Positions 30,059-48,904 of a DNA stretch of 64,000 nt are shown piece by piece (positions within the stretch are counted from its first letter, which is position 1; every line of letters starts with the position of its first letter). The DNA comes from Octopus vulgaris (taxonomy: Eukaryota). A model generated the notes under the pieces. It was given only the letters and a program-made list of their open reading frames with translations, was not told where the DNA came from and ran no database searches. The DNA lies in assembly GCA_951406725.2 (NCBI GenBank), contig OX597833.1, forward strand, positions 1,488,001 to 1,552,000, read 5' to 3'. A program made the position numbers and the translations under genes.

Positions 30059-30295
30059 ATATACACATGTATATAGAGAGATTAGATAGTTAGGGAGATG
30101 TATTTATGGAGATAAATAGATAGATAGATTCCCAGATACATATATATATGTGTGAGTGTTTATCGAGCGAAAACACCTATAAGTGTGTGCCTCTGTGTTT
30201 GCGACTCACAACCGCTTGACAGTTGGTGCTGGAACTATTAGGACCCTGTAACATATCAAAGAGACCGATAGGAAACGTAAGAAGCTTAAAATCTG

Positions 30296-30615
30296 AGACC
30301 CCCTTCGGTCACGACACAGACCATGGGATCGCACCTAGAAAGTTACCCTCCTAGACACAAGTCCGGGCGAGGTTGTTTATGGAAGACCAGCAGTCGCCCA
30401 TGCATACCAGCCTCCCCTCTCCACGCCACCAGTGTTATCCAAGGGAAAGACAAAGGTCGATACAGCTTGGCACCAGTGACATTGCAACTCATTTCTACAG
30501 CTGAGTGAACTGGAGCAACGTGAAATAAAGTGCCTTGCTCAAGAACACAACACGCAGCCCGGTCCGGGATTCGAGCTCACAACCTCACGATCGTAAGCTC
30601 GACGCTCTAACCACT
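30296..30615 (-). mobile_element. SINE family B
   Basis: Near-identical to 3879-4195. Confidence 0.92.
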
Positions 30616-30639
30616 ATACTTAACTTATTCCACTAAAAT

Positions 30640-31340
30640 TCTTCATGACGGTACACCATTATGGTCGTACCGTACATAATTACTGAAACAAGCGAGAGAA
30701 AATTTAAAATTCTATGTTGAAGATTCTCATAGTAAAAGCTGTCAGGTTTGGGGTTGACATGGCGAGACAATTTCCATAACTGACATCCTTCGTGTGTAAT
30801 TGTTACTTCTGTCTTTACCATTTTAGTGAGGAAGAACCACCATATCATCAAGGTTGCAGCACAGGTCACGCGGTGAACTTTTTCCGCCATTTTTGCAAGT
30901 GATTGATGGTACTCTTCTAATGGACGCTCGACTTTGTATTCGCTGTTCACTACCGTATTTCCGTCCATTGCGGCATTTCTTCACAATCTTCGAAGACATT
31001 CTTTTGTTTTCAAACAAATTTGTCACATTTAAAATCCACATCTGTACAACGAATGACACAAAACCAATTCCATTTAAAGAACTGCTATCTCCATTATATT
31101 TCACGACAATTACATTTCTTTGTGCGTGGGAGTTCAATGTTAATGTTTTCAGTCATTAAAGGCCATAGACTGTTCGAAATAATACAGTTTTCAAACAAAT
31201 GGTTATTCTTCCCACACTTTTCTTTGAAAGTGTCCTTTTTGTAGTGTAATTTGCATTCATTCTGTCGTTTTTTTTTTCTGTTTACCAAGTAGAATGTTTT
31301 GTTGATTTTCAGGTTTCCTTTTGGGGGCGAGGATCTCAAT
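30640..31340 (-). pseudogene. Decayed Penelope-like linker and GIY-YIG endonuclease region
   Basis: KINKTFYLVN, KKCNCRE and SLNG resemble the PLE linker (IGK.FL.LI...CNCR....PLNG); frameshifted. Confidence 0.4.
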
Positions 31341-31455
31341 ATCTAGATACCTTTTCTCTTTGTATGGACTGTATGAAGAAACTTTGTTTAAAAATAAAAT
31401 CATGAACATTATTATTGATAATAATGATGATAATAATAATAATCACTGTTAGTAC

Positions 31456-31527
<72 letters not shown>

Positions 31528-31531
<4 letters not shown>

Positions 31532-31592
31532 TAGTTTTATTTTTATAGCGTGCTTTTACTTCACTACCGAGCGCAGCTCTGTGTGCCTTAGG
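31528..31592 (-). mobile_element. Extreme 3' tip of R4/Dong element in (TTA)n
   Basis: Matches 18417-18480. Confidence 0.85.
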
Positions 31593-31619
31593 TGATTATT
31601 ATTATTATTATTATTAAAG

Positions 31620-32012
31620 TGAATACACCCATCATGACTACCCGTCTGATAAGGGTACACCAGGCACGTGTATCACAACGATATGTGCGCGACATGGTGA
31701 TCTCATATCAAGATTACAGCGCATGTCTGTATTGAACGAAATACACAAGTGAATTATCCAAACACCAAAGAATTCCTCTCAACACATGGCTACGGATGCT
31801 CTCCCACTACTTCTGCTCATGATCAGAGATGCACATATCATCAGCCATTAAGGGACATGGTCAACTGGTTATGGCCAAACAACTGACAAGCAAATCTGTG
31901 GTATTGCGCAGAATATTTGCTGTAGCCCATCATTTATACCACGACAAAACAATGTGCATGATAACACTTCCAATCAGATAAGATAAGAAGCTACTGTCTG
32001 GTACTTCACCAA
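31620..32012 (-). repeat. Repeat E with internal deletion
   Basis: Reverse complement of parts of 61070-61570; flanked by (TTA)n. Confidence 0.85.
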
Positions 32013-32016
32013 GGTA

Positions 32017-32072
<56 letters not shown>

Positions 32073-32484
32073 CATCATTATTATTATCATTATTATTATC
32101 ATTATTATTATTATAAGCAACTTTGTTCAATCCTGCTTCCATTTCTTGCCGTGTGTCTTCCTGACACTTAGGGCAGAGAAACCTACTGTACACATTGGTA
32201 GGCCATTAAAACAAGCACACCAGATTATTCATTTACAGAGTCATGTGATAGAGACAAAGGGGAAGATAGAGAGAAAAAGGAAAAAAAGTGAAAAATAGGA
32301 AAATAAGCAAATAAAATAAAGGGTGAGAAAGGAAACAAAATTCACAGCAACAATGCTCTTCTCAATACGTGTGACCAGTTACCAGTTAAGACAGTCTTTT
32401 ACACTTCCTGCATGGATGGTAAGCCAGGGATCATTTATAAATAATTCTCAGTTCCTTTCTTATCATTACTATTATTATTATTAC

Positions 32485-32515
<31 letters not shown>

Positions 32516-32532
32516 ATTATCATTATCATTAC

Positions 32533-32577
<45 letters not shown>

Positions 32578-32589
32578 CATTATCATTAC

Positions 32590-32641
<52 letters not shown>

Positions 32642-32658
32642 ATTATCATTATCATTAC

Positions 32659-32698
<40 letters not shown>

Positions 32699-32756
32699 AT
32701 TATCATTATCATTACTGTTATTACTATTATTATTATTATTATTATTATTAGTATTA

Positions 32757-32883
32757 TTCAGTAGTTTTATTTTTATATCGTGCTTTCACTTCACTACCAA
32801 GTGCAGCTATGTGTGCCTTAGGTATGTGCTGTGATTTGTTGTGATGCTCTGATGATTACGGTATTGAAAGTGTTCTGCGTAGG

Positions 32884-32951
<68 letters not shown>

Positions 32952-33347
32952 CATTATTATTATTATTATTATTATTATCATTCAGTAGTTTTATTTTTAT
33001 AGCGTGCTTTCACTTCACTACCGAGCGCAGCTCTGTGTGCCTTGGGTATGTGCTGTGATTTGTTGTGATGCTCTGATGGTTATTGTATGGAAAGTGTTCT
33101 GCGTAGGATGTGTGCAGTGCCTAGTTGTGCAATTTTCTGTATGTTATATGTGTTTGTAAGTCCTGGTGTTTTTGTTATGTATTTGTCTGAATATTTTTTT
33201 ATCATGCCTAATGCACCTACTATGATAGGAATTGTTTCTGTTTTTAGATTCCACATTCTGGTTACCTCTATTTCCAGGTCTTTATATTTTGAAAGTTTCT
33301 CCATTTCTTTTAGAGACACGTTGTCATCTGCTGGTATTGATACATCA
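32757..33347 (-). mobile_element. Two stacked 5'-truncated R4/Dong copies (32757-32884 and 32981-33347) separated by (TTA)n
   Basis: Near-identical to 18417-18781; ORF 33080-33319 EKLSKYKDLEIEV..LGTAHILRRTLSIQ. Confidence 0.92.
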
Positions 33348-33401
<54 letters not shown>

Positions 33402-33809
33402 CATTATTATTTTTTTTTTTCTGTTTAGCTTAACCCAATATTTATCATGAAGGTGCTTCTCTTGCCATCGTTTTATCATAATCATTATTAAACCTTTGTA
33501 TTGTATGTATGTGTCCCTTCTTTGGCAGTTTATATCAATATTGGTCTTTAAAAAATTATCATTTCATTAAATGTAAACCTTCCCACACACTTTATGTCTG
33601 ACTTTGTATTGTCCCCCTCTCTTTGTTTTATTATTAATGTTTTTGCTGTTGTTTTTGTTGTTATCTTTACTCATCATGCAAATCGTCATTGTAGGGAATC
33701 TTATTCACCTACGCTAAAATGGCTTCCAAGAGAGACATAGACAACGTCTGACTTGGTCATCGGTCACTGATAACGATAATAGCGAGAATAAGAGACATTA
33801 ACACCACCA

Positions 33810-38215
<4,406 letters not shown>

Positions 38216-38262
38216 ATGTATGCATATATACCGACATATATAAATATATATGTATGGATAAG

Positions 38263-38570
38263 TGGAGGCGCAATGGCCTAGTGGTTAGGGCAGCGGACTC
38301 ACGGTCGCAGGATCGCGATTTCGATTCCCAGACCGGACGTTGTGAATGTTTATTGAGCGAAAACACCTAAAAGCTCCACGAGGCTCCGGCAGGGAGTGGT
38401 GATCCCTGCTGTACTCTTTCACCTCTCGTTCTCCCACTCTTTCTTCTGTTGGCCTGCTCGCTTAGCCAGCGGGGTGGCGTCACTCGAAGGCTAAAACAAT
38501 GCGAACGCATTGTGACCAGCGATGTGTAACAACATCTGAAGGTCTGGTCGGTCACGTGATCACGTGATAT
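38263..38570 (+). mobile_element. tRNA-derived SINE family D
   Basis: GGAGGCGCAATGGCCTAGTGGTTAGGGC A box and TTTCGATTCCC B box; head shared with 44330-44496 and 57310-57502. Confidence 0.88.
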
Positions 38571-38648
38571 GTATGGATATATATACATGTATATACAAAT
38601 ATACAAATATTTACATTTATATACATATCAATATATATATATATATAT

Positions 38649-38691
<43 letters not shown>

Positions 38692-38904
38692 GGCCACTGA
38701 ACATGGACCAGTGGTTAGGGTGTGGCACACGGTGCACCCGTACGGGTAATGTCGAGCTGATGGCGGTATTGAGCTTTCGTGAACACAAACACGTGATCAC
38801 TATAAACAAATCATGTATCTGAGTGTTCGGCAATTTCTGGGCGAACCCTCATACGTTGTCTAACGACAAGAGAGTCCATGATATGTATATATATATATAT
38901 ATAT

Positions 38905-39275
38905 ATGTGGGAATTTACGCAAAAACAAAAAGGATGAAGACGGGTGTGTAAACAACAAACAGGTGTATTAGTTTAACGCTCAGGAAGAGAGAAGGTCTTT
39001 TACGTTTCGAGCCTATGCTCGTCATCAGAAAGGAACACAGAAATAAACAGGGAGTGAAAATAAAACAGGTATAGTGTCTAACGATCTATCATGGCGAATG
39101 CATATATATATATATGTACATCTCTCTCTCTGTATCTCTCAATGTATTAGTTTAATGCTCGGGAAGTGAAAAGGTTTTTTACATTTCGTGCCTACGCTCT
39201 TCAACAGAAAGGAACGCAGAAATAAACAGGGAGAGAAAATAGTAAAAAGTTTTAGTGGCTAGCGATCTATCTTGG
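38905..39275 (-). mobile_element. Two tandem copies of a hammerhead-bearing module, probably a Penelope-like terminus
   Basis: 38965-39095 is repeated at 39143-39275; both lie in or near (TA)n. Confidence 0.75.
38997..39032 (-). ncRNA. Minimal type I hammerhead ribozyme with intact core
   Basis: CUUU-CUGAUGA-C-GAGC auag GCUC-GAAAC-GUA|AAAG. Confidence 0.75.
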
Positions 39276-39898
39276 CAAGTCGGCGTCACCATTCGTATCA
39301 TTGCATCTATCATTAATGTATCAAACTATATTTGGAGAAATTTACTGACGTTCGAATATGAGCCAGGCTAGTGCTTGATATAACAACCAAGTGAGAAATG
39401 ACTCGCATACAAATACTCAATGAGAAGCAAGCATTGTTAACGCTACGACTCGCAATCAGCTGAGATAAGCGTAGTCGGAGCTTTTTGGAGCAAAGGTCGA
39501 AACGATTGGGGATGGCCTTTGGGTATTGAACGAAAGTAATTAGAAAATTGATGAAGAGAAACAATTAGTAAAAGAGAAAGGATCAGAAATTATATTTAAT
39601 TAGTGCAATTATAATTAGTGACTATGTAAAAGATAAACATGTAATCCATATATGTCAGGAATAATAATGATAATAATATGTAGATATATATATATATATT
39701 GCTATTGATAGATATACGTGTATATACGTGTGTGTGTTTATATATGTAACTTTAAATGTGTGCTGTGTCAACAGATGTTAGATCTATTTACTGTCTATTG
39801 TATTAGCCATATAATGTTACATACAAACATATATATTCATTAACACACGTGCACAAAATCACGCACATATATATGTATATATATATGATAGACATATA

Positions 39899-39955
<57 letters not shown>

Positions 39956-40288
39956 ATAAATATATATATATTCATCTATGTATACATTTAGCCATGTGTG
40001 TGTATCATTTTTTAAATAAATAATCAGACAGCATCGTACGCCTCTTCTAATTAACCCGTATCCCTGGAGATTAATTATACTCCAAGACTGGCACTCCCCT
40101 ATAATGCAGAACAAAGAAGAAAATTTCAGTAAATGTAATTGTTTTAATTATTCTCCTGTAAGAAATTTCATTGCGTCATAGTAAGAAGGATGCGATGCTA
40201 ATGCTTCTGTGAAGTAGGTTATAATAGAGGCGTGTAGATCACGAACGCACACGCTGACACACAGTCACTCACTCACACAAGCAGACAC

Positions 40289-40327
<39 letters not shown>

Positions 40328-40572
40328 GAAAAATGCATAGAAACACAGCTGCATACATTAACACACATACATGTATATATATATTTACTTATATATACGT
40401 ATATATATATATATATTTAATTATATATACGTATATATATATATATATATATATAAATATATATACACACACATATATATACATATATTTGTATATATAC
40501 ATATATTTATATATACATATATACTTATATATGTACATATATACATATATACACAATAACACACACACATAT

Positions 40573-40618
<46 letters not shown>

Positions 40619-40667
40619 CATATATACACACACACACACACACATATATATATATGCGTGTGTGTGA

Positions 40668-40718
<51 letters not shown>

Positions 40719-40877
40719 AATATATACATAAAACATAGAAATCTGCACATACATACATACACATATATACACACATATACACACACATACATACACACAC
40801 ACACATACATACATACAAAGAAACATAATTACATACATACATACATACATACATACAAGCAAATATGCACAGTTATT

Positions 40878-40972
40878 GATGTTGCATTTCCAACGAAGGA
40901 TCGTTGAATCTAGGTTAGAAACCGGTACTTTCCTTTTTGGTAAGAAATATTGAAATAAAACAGAAGATGAGA
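40878..40972 (+). repeat. Roughly 90-bp (ATAC)n-associated repeat, also at 26672-26750 and 51413-51500
   Basis: Shared tgatgttg..ttcc..ctttc..ttgg.aagaa...ttg.aataaa; degenerate GAAAC-CG-GUA hammerhead-like 3' half. Confidence 0.6.
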
Positions 40973-41067
40973 TGTGTTTGTCTCACGTCATCATATTACA
41001 AATGAGTGTGTTATTGCTTATTCCAATGAAGAGCGTTTTATATGAAATTATTAGCTATAATAATATA

Positions 41068-41232
41068 GGCGCAGGAGTGGCTGTGTGGTAAGTAGCTTGC
41101 TAACCAACCACATGGTTCCGGGTTCGGTCCCACTGCGTGGCACCTTGGGCAAGTGTCTTCTGCTATAGCCCCGGGCCGACCAATTTCTTGAGAGTGGATT
41201 TGGTAGACGGGAACTGAAAGAAGCCTGTCGTA

Positions 41233-41275
<43 letters not shown>

Positions 41276-41487
41276 TTGTGTGTGTGTGTTTGTCCCTCTA
41301 GCATTGCTTCACAAATGATGCTGGTGTGTTTACGTCCCCGTCACTTAGCGGTTCGGCAAAAGAGATCGATAGAATAAGTACTGGGCTTACAAAAAGAATA
41401 AGTCCCGGGGTCGAGTTGCTCGACTAAAGGCGGTGCTCCAGCATGGCCGCAGTCAAATGACTGAAACAAGTAAAAGAGTAAAAGAGT
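41068..41487 (+). mobile_element. SINE family A
   Basis: Family A consensus. Confidence 0.93.
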
Positions 41488-41776
41488 ATGTAAGTGGTTG
41501 AAAGTTGGAACAGTTTCTCGCATCACTGTACGTGCCGTGAGGACTTTCATAAATCAATTACGCCATTAATTTATTAGTTAATGATCTAATTATCTAATTA
41601 ATCGACAAGAAAACGGAAGTGAATTAACAGCAAAGCGTGTGGTATTATAAACAACGTGACGCCTCTTTTTATCTAAACAATATGTGTGTGAGCTTAGATT
41701 CATTACATTATATATAAAAACCACACACACACAGACACACACACACCTATACACAATATTTCCTATATTGTAAGAG

Positions 41777-41837
<61 letters not shown>

Positions 41838-41895
41838 ATAATATTATATATATTATATATATATATGCGCATGTCTATACATATATAAATGTATG

Positions 41896-41971
<76 letters not shown>

Positions 41972-41981
41972 AGTACATATC

Positions 41982-42017
<36 letters not shown>

Positions 42018-42247
42018 TATGCATATATGAAGAGATTAATCTTTCGTCGAAAAGTGGGAGTGTGATAGATGTAAGTTCATAGGTACAGACAAATAATATA
42101 TATATATATATATATATATGCATATAATTGAGATTCAGTGGAATTAGGTACTTAAATTGAAGTACCAAATCAGGTATTATCCGCAGAGCCCGAAGGGAGG
42201 TGAATAAAGTCAAAATAATCGACAGCATCCTGTCGCGTTTTTTGATT

Positions 42248-42678
42248 ATCTCTTTTACTCTTTACTCTTTACTCTTTTACTTGTTTCAGTCATTTGACTG
42301 CGGCCATGCTGGAGCACCGCCTTTAGTCGAGCAACTCGACCCCGGGACTTATTCTTTTTGTAAGCCCAGTACTTATTCTATCGATCTCTTTTGCCGAACC
42401 GCTAAGTGACGGGGACGTAAACACACCAGCATCGGTTGTCAAGCAATGCTAGGGGGACAAACACAAACACACACACACAAACACACACATACATATATAT
42501 ATATATACATATATACGACAGGTTTCTTTCAGTTTCCGTCTGCCAAATCCACTCACAAGGCATTGGTCGGCCCGGGGCTCTAGCAGAAGACACTTGCCCA
42601 AGGTGCCACGCAGTGGGACTGAACCCGGAACCATGTGGTTGGTTAGCAAGCTACTTACCACACAGCCACTCCTGCGCC
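42248..42678 (-). mobile_element. SINE family A
   Basis: Family A consensus, inverted relative to 41068-41487. Confidence 0.93.
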
Positions 42679-42741
<63 letters not shown>

Positions 42742-42799
42742 AATATAAATATATATAACTGTACATATATGATAGGTAGATATATAGTTATATACGAAA

Positions 42800-42835
<36 letters not shown>

Positions 42836-43568
42836 TATACACACACATATATATGCATATATATATATATATATATATATAGAAAGAAAGAAAGAAAAAG
42901 TGAGAGATAAAGAGAGCGAGAGGGAGATCGATCTTTCGATAGACAGACAGAAGAGAGAGACAGACACGGAGACAGATAGATAGACAGATTCTTTCGAATG
43001 TGTCTTCATTTCTGTCAGTCACATTAAAATTACTTAATGCTACCTTCCTGATAGCCACTTGTAGATAATTTGATTGTCTTACTGTCAAATAACTTTCAAA
43101 CACTTACATGCTTGCTAGCCAATAGTCTGTTGGTCACAAACTATGTATGCTGAGTCAAAGAATATTTCAAATAGTGTATATTCACATAGGTATCTATCTT
43201 TTTCTTTCATTCCTCGAGTGTCATGTGGACTTCAGCAATCACGTGTATTAGAACGGTAAGTCTTCTCACATTCTCAAGAGTATCTAACAGACAGCATACC
43301 TTTAAGAATGTAACCATATCGTCCTAAGCTTCCCTGCGTTTGAAATCCAATTATCTTAGCAATTGCAACGAATCGGTTTCTCGAACTACTGAGAGAACTG
43401 GAGAAAATGTATGAAAGTGTTTTGCCAAGAGCACAATAAATCGGCCGGTCCCAGAATCGTAAATTCAATCTTGCTATCAAAAATGCAACCCTCTTAATAC
43501 TGGACCACGCTTTTTCCACATACATACATACATACATACATACATACATACATACATACATACATACA

Positions 43569-43602
<34 letters not shown>

Positions 43603-44134
43603 CGTACGTACGTACATACATACATACATACATACATACATACATACATACATACATACATACAAATATGCATGCATACGTACATGGTTCTCTCTCATGT
43701 CTGCTGTCAAATGACCGACACCATTCAAAGAGTAAAAGAAAATAGGTTTTGTTCATTTGTTTTAATTCCTGAAGGCGGCAGTGTCGTTTACTCTGATGTT
43801 TTCATATACGAATAAGATTTTACAATTTTATATTGGCAGATCTCAATAAATTGCTAAAGTTTACTTCAACCTTGTATATACTGTGCTACGTAGTTATTTT
43901 GGATAGTGTCGGTTAGGGTCTTGGGTTCGACTATTAGTCCTTCTCGGTTGTCCAACTATCTGACATTTAATTTCTAACCTCAGAAACTATAATTTTTTGA
44001 AAAGAGGACTTGGTGGAACTTGTGAAAGAGAGACTGGTGGTATTTTTAATTATCGTTGTTCTAGATTGTTCTTTCGTCGTCGTCGCCGTCATTGTTACTG
44101 TTGTTGTTGTTGTTCTTGTTGTTGTTGCTGTTGA

Positions 44135-44496
44135 GTGAACGGTCTCATCACAGAGCTCGCAAGATGGTGGAAGTCCGAAACGTGGTCCTTTGCTATTCGT
44201 AAGACCCGTAGAAGAGAAAACAGGTCAACCCTCGACACCGAGAGCATCGACGGATGGATGAATGCGCATCCAGGCTCAGCGGTTGCATAGGAAGTCGGGA
44301 ACAAGAAACAGGAAGAAAGAGTGGGAGAAAGTTGGAGCGAAAGAGTACAACAGGGGTCGCCACCACCCCCTGCCGGGGCCTCGTGGAGCTTTAGATGTTT
44401 TCGCTCTATAAACACACACAACGCCCGGTCTGGGAATCGAAACCGCGATCCTCCGGCCGTGAGTCCGCTGCCGTAACCACTGGGCCATTGCGCCTC
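44135..44496 (-). mobile_element. SINE family D with an alternative tail
   Basis: Head homologous to 38263-38445; different 3' half ending in (CAA)n. Confidence 0.88.
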
Positions 44497-45151
44497 TACT
44501 TGCTTTTGCTGTGGTGCTGTTGTTGAATATATTTTTGGATGTATTGTTATTGTTTGTCCAATTTCACAAGAAAGGCCTTGGTTTGTTTACGTTTTCCTTA
44601 TCGTTGGTGATGTTCTTATTTGTTTCCACCCTTTTTCTCGTCCGTTCCACTTGAAATTGAGTGTTATTGCTTTTGTTGAAATTGTTATTGTTGACAGAAT
44701 ACGTTTTTCAAGAGTTCCTTCTTGAAATATTCCTCTCTGTTAACAATTTCAAAACTCGTTCCAGTTAAAACACTTTGCCTCAGCATTTTCAGATGGAGTG
44801 ACGCAGTGAATCGTGCTCACTTCATTTTTCTTTACAATCATGTAACGCTCCTCACGCCTTTGTTCTTACTCACGTACGAGCGTCGCTGCATCCAGGGAAG
44901 TTTTCTCTATAGATGGAAAGAAAACGAAAAATTTTACAACGCAAGCCGAAATAAATCCTGATGTCCCCCGAGGATAGGGACAATGCACAAAAATAAACTC
45001 GACAGTAGACAAGCAGTCAACATGTTGTTCACAGTGATGCACATTCCAGAAGTGTACACATAAGCTACCAGTGGTAGTGTTTACAAAATCCACGGTGCAA
45101 GATCCAGCGTAAATTGCCAAGTTGACGGTTATAAATAATAATAATAATAAC

Positions 45152-45214
<63 letters not shown>

Positions 45215-45249
45215 TACAACAACAACAACAACAACAACAACAATAATAA

Positions 45250-45463
45250 TCCTTTCTACTGGAAGCACAAGGCCGCGAATTTGGGGAAAGGGTTAAGTCC
45301 ATTTCATCGACCCCAGTGCGTAACTGGTTCTAATTTTATCAGTCCCGAGAGGCTGAAAGGTAAAGTCGACCTGGGCCGAATTTGAACTCCGAATGTAACC
45401 GCAGCCGAAATGCAGCTAAGCATTTCGCCCGGAGTGCTAACGATTCTGCCATCTCGCCGCCTT
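45250..45463 (-). mobile_element. SINE family C
   Basis: Homologous to 11040-11255; lies in (TAA)n. Confidence 0.88.
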
Positions 45464-45500
45464 GATAATAATAATAATAATGATAATAATAATAATAATG

Positions 45501-45556
<56 letters not shown>

Positions 45557-45559
45557 CTT

Positions 45560-45895
45560 GAGACCCCCTTAGGTCATGCATGATCATGGGATTGCTCCTA
45601 GAAAGTTACCCTCATAGGCACAAATCAGGGCAAGGTTGTTTATGGAAGACCAGCACTCGTCCATGCATACCGGCCTCCCCTCTCCACGCCACCGATGTTA
45701 TCCAAGGGAAAGGCAAAGGGGCCAATGCCGCTTGGCCCCTGTGACGTCGCAACTCATTTCTACAACTGTGTGAGCTGGAGTAACGTGAAATAAAATGTCT
45801 TGCTCAAGAACACAATACACAGCCCGGTCCGGGAATCGATCTGGCAACCTCACGATCGTAAGCTTGACGGTCTAATCACCTAGCCATGCGCCTTC
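45560..45895 (-). mobile_element. SINE family B
   Basis: Homologous to 3875-4210. Confidence 0.9.
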
Positions 45896-45965
<70 letters not shown>

Positions 45966-45994
45966 TGATGAGGATGATGATGATGATGATGATG

Positions 45995-46029
<35 letters not shown>

Positions 46030-46619
46030 AATAATAATTATAATAAGTATGGAAAACTCTCATTTATTGATTATGAAAGTGAAAGTAGAGCCAAACAGTC
46101 GTTAAATGAAGTGGGAGATAAATAGTTGTCGTTTCCAGGAATATTGAGAACAAAGGGAATACAATTCTTGTTGATATGATGCGACAGTCACGTGACAAAA
46201 AGTAAAAAAAACAATGTTATGATTACTTTTGTCATATATATGGTTTACTATGGCGCATTGTTTTACTGTCATTCATTGGTATTTGTCGTACTGGTTGATG
46301 GTGAATGTGTGATGGTGGTAGTAGAGGTGGTACCATTGTTGGCGTTGTCGATGTTATTGTAGTTGTTGTTGTTGCTTTTGTTGTTGTTCTTTGGTTATTT
46401 ATGGCCGGCTCATTTGTCAAGTTATTGACAGCCAATGGCTGAGCCGATGGCGAAATGGTGTCACTTTATTGGGGCGGTTCGAATCATGATGTTTGAGATT
46501 TGCTACGGACATAATGTAAATAACAACAGCAATAACAACAACAACAATAATGATAATAATTTATGTCTGATAAATCAATGTCTGACAGAGCAATAGCAAA
46601 ACCCACAACAACGACAATA

Positions 46620-46627
46620 ACTACTAT

Positions 46628-46669
<42 letters not shown>

Positions 46670-46690
46670 AACTACTACTACTACTACTAC

Positions 46691-46730
<40 letters not shown>

Positions 46731-46815
46731 GATAATAATAATAATAATGATGATGATAATAATAATGATAATGATAATAATAATAATGATGATGATAATA
46801 ATAATAATGGTGATG

Positions 46816-46860
<45 letters not shown>

Positions 46861-46980
46861 GTAATAATAATAATAATAATGATGATGATAATAATAATGA
46901 TGATGATGATAATAATAATAATAATAATAATAATGATGATGATAATAATAATAATGATGATGATAATAATAATAATGATG

Positions 46981-47015
<35 letters not shown>

Positions 47016-47088
47016 TATAGTAATAATAATAATAATAATGATGATGATAATAATAATAATGATGATGATAATAATAATAATGATGATG

Positions 47089-47140
<52 letters not shown>

Positions 47141-47242
47141 TAATAATAATAATAATGATGATGATAATAATAATGATAATGATAATAATAATGATGATAA
47201 TAATAATAAGGATGATAATAATAATGACAATAATAATATGAT

Positions 47243-47282
<40 letters not shown>

Positions 47283-47318
47283 GTAATAATAATAATAATA
47301 ATGATGATGGTAATAATA

Positions 47319-47361
<43 letters not shown>

Positions 47362-47496
47362 TGATGATAATAATAATAATAATGATGATGATAATAATAA
47401 TAATGACAATAATAATAATGATGATAATAATAATAATAATAATGATGATAATAATAATAATATGAATAATAATAATGATAATAATAATAACAATAG

Positions 47497-47536
<40 letters not shown>

Positions 47537-47620
47537 TATAATAATAATAATAATGATGATGGTGATAATAATAATAATAGTAATAATAATAATCATGATA
47601 ATAATAATAATAATAATAAT
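46620..47620. repeat. 1-kb (AAT/GAT)n microsatellite
   Basis: Direct inspection. Confidence 0.96.
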
Positions 47621-47959
47621 ATGGTGATCAGGGTATGAACAATAGCACCGAACGCACAAAATAAATTTCTACAGAAGGGAAACAGCTCGCTATGGTTGTC
47701 AAGCGACATTGTTAAATTAATCTGGTATGTCCTTGTGTGTGTCCCCGAGAGCGTGTATCTCTATGCTTATATGACTGTGTTTATGAGTGTGTGGGTGTGG
47801 GTAGGTTTGTGCGAAAATATTTTATGCGCAAATGATGGAGAGATATCGATTGAGGTTGCTGAAAGTAACTTGGATTATTGAATGCGATGTCTCATTTAAT
47901 ATGGATAATATTTAAATAATAGAATATATATATGTATATATTTTATTTACATTTATATA

Positions 47960-48003
<44 letters not shown>

Positions 48004-48044
48004 TATATAAATGAAATAAAACATATGCATATATATAAACATAT

Positions 48045-48840
48045 ATGTACGTTCCTACCTCTACATGTACATATACACGCATATATGAGTACAGGACACC
48101 AAAGGGACGTCGAACACAAAGAGAAACGAAAACATAGACACAAAACAAAGGAACTGGACATTTTTTTAAAAACAACAAAAAATGGAGTACAGGATAATTA
48201 ACACAACGAAAAAACCCCTTCTTCAGTCGCTAAGGTTTCATCTACTCTACGTTTCGAAGGATAAAAGCGAGACGTATCTTCGACAAGAAACTTTCCTTCC
48301 TGCGAAAAACAAATCAATTAAAATTCTGAGATCTTTTCGCAGAGGAGTAAAAAACGGTAAAAAAATGGTAAAAAAACAGGACAGTAACGACAGTACAAAA
48401 ATATAAACAGTAAGAAAATAAACAGTAAACAAATATAAACAGTAAAAAAAATATAACAGTAAAAGACAGGACAGGGAAAAACAAGATAAGAAGGGCTGTT
48501 GACGCCGAACGAAAAAAGTATTGTAAACGCAGAATTTTTTGTGAACGACAGGAGAGCAGGAAGAATGTCGTCCAGTTACCTTGAAGGCCAGGCCAAAAAG
48601 ACAGTCAGGGCGGAAGTATCGTCGCGGGTGGACGACGGGAAGGGGGAGGAGGAGCAAGAGGAAGGGAGAGAAGAAAGGGAATGGCTGCGAGGAGACCATG
48701 AAGAATGGTGAGGGGTAGAGAGAGAGTGAAGAATGAGAGAGAGAGGAAGAGACAAGTTAAGTGGGGGAAAAAGAAAATCAAAGAAAAGGGATGGGACAGA
48801 AAGGTGAAGAGTGCGCGTGAGAGTTAATATCAAGACAAAA
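48045..48840 (-). mobile_element. Unclassified interspersed repeat, possibly Penelope-like; second copy of its end at 55545-55745
   Basis: 48045-48240 aligns with 55545-55743; degenerate CUGAAGA and GAAAC motifs on the minus strand. Confidence 0.55.
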
Positions 48841-48904
48841 ACTTGATATACAGAACAATCTTACTTAAGAGGGTGCGTGCGTTTAGTCATATAATATATT
48901 AATA

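Noticed and set aside
44141-44192. CCGAAACGUGGUC as a hammerhead 3' half in the SINE D tail
   Set aside because: No CUGANGA upstream, and it is antisense to the SINE transcript
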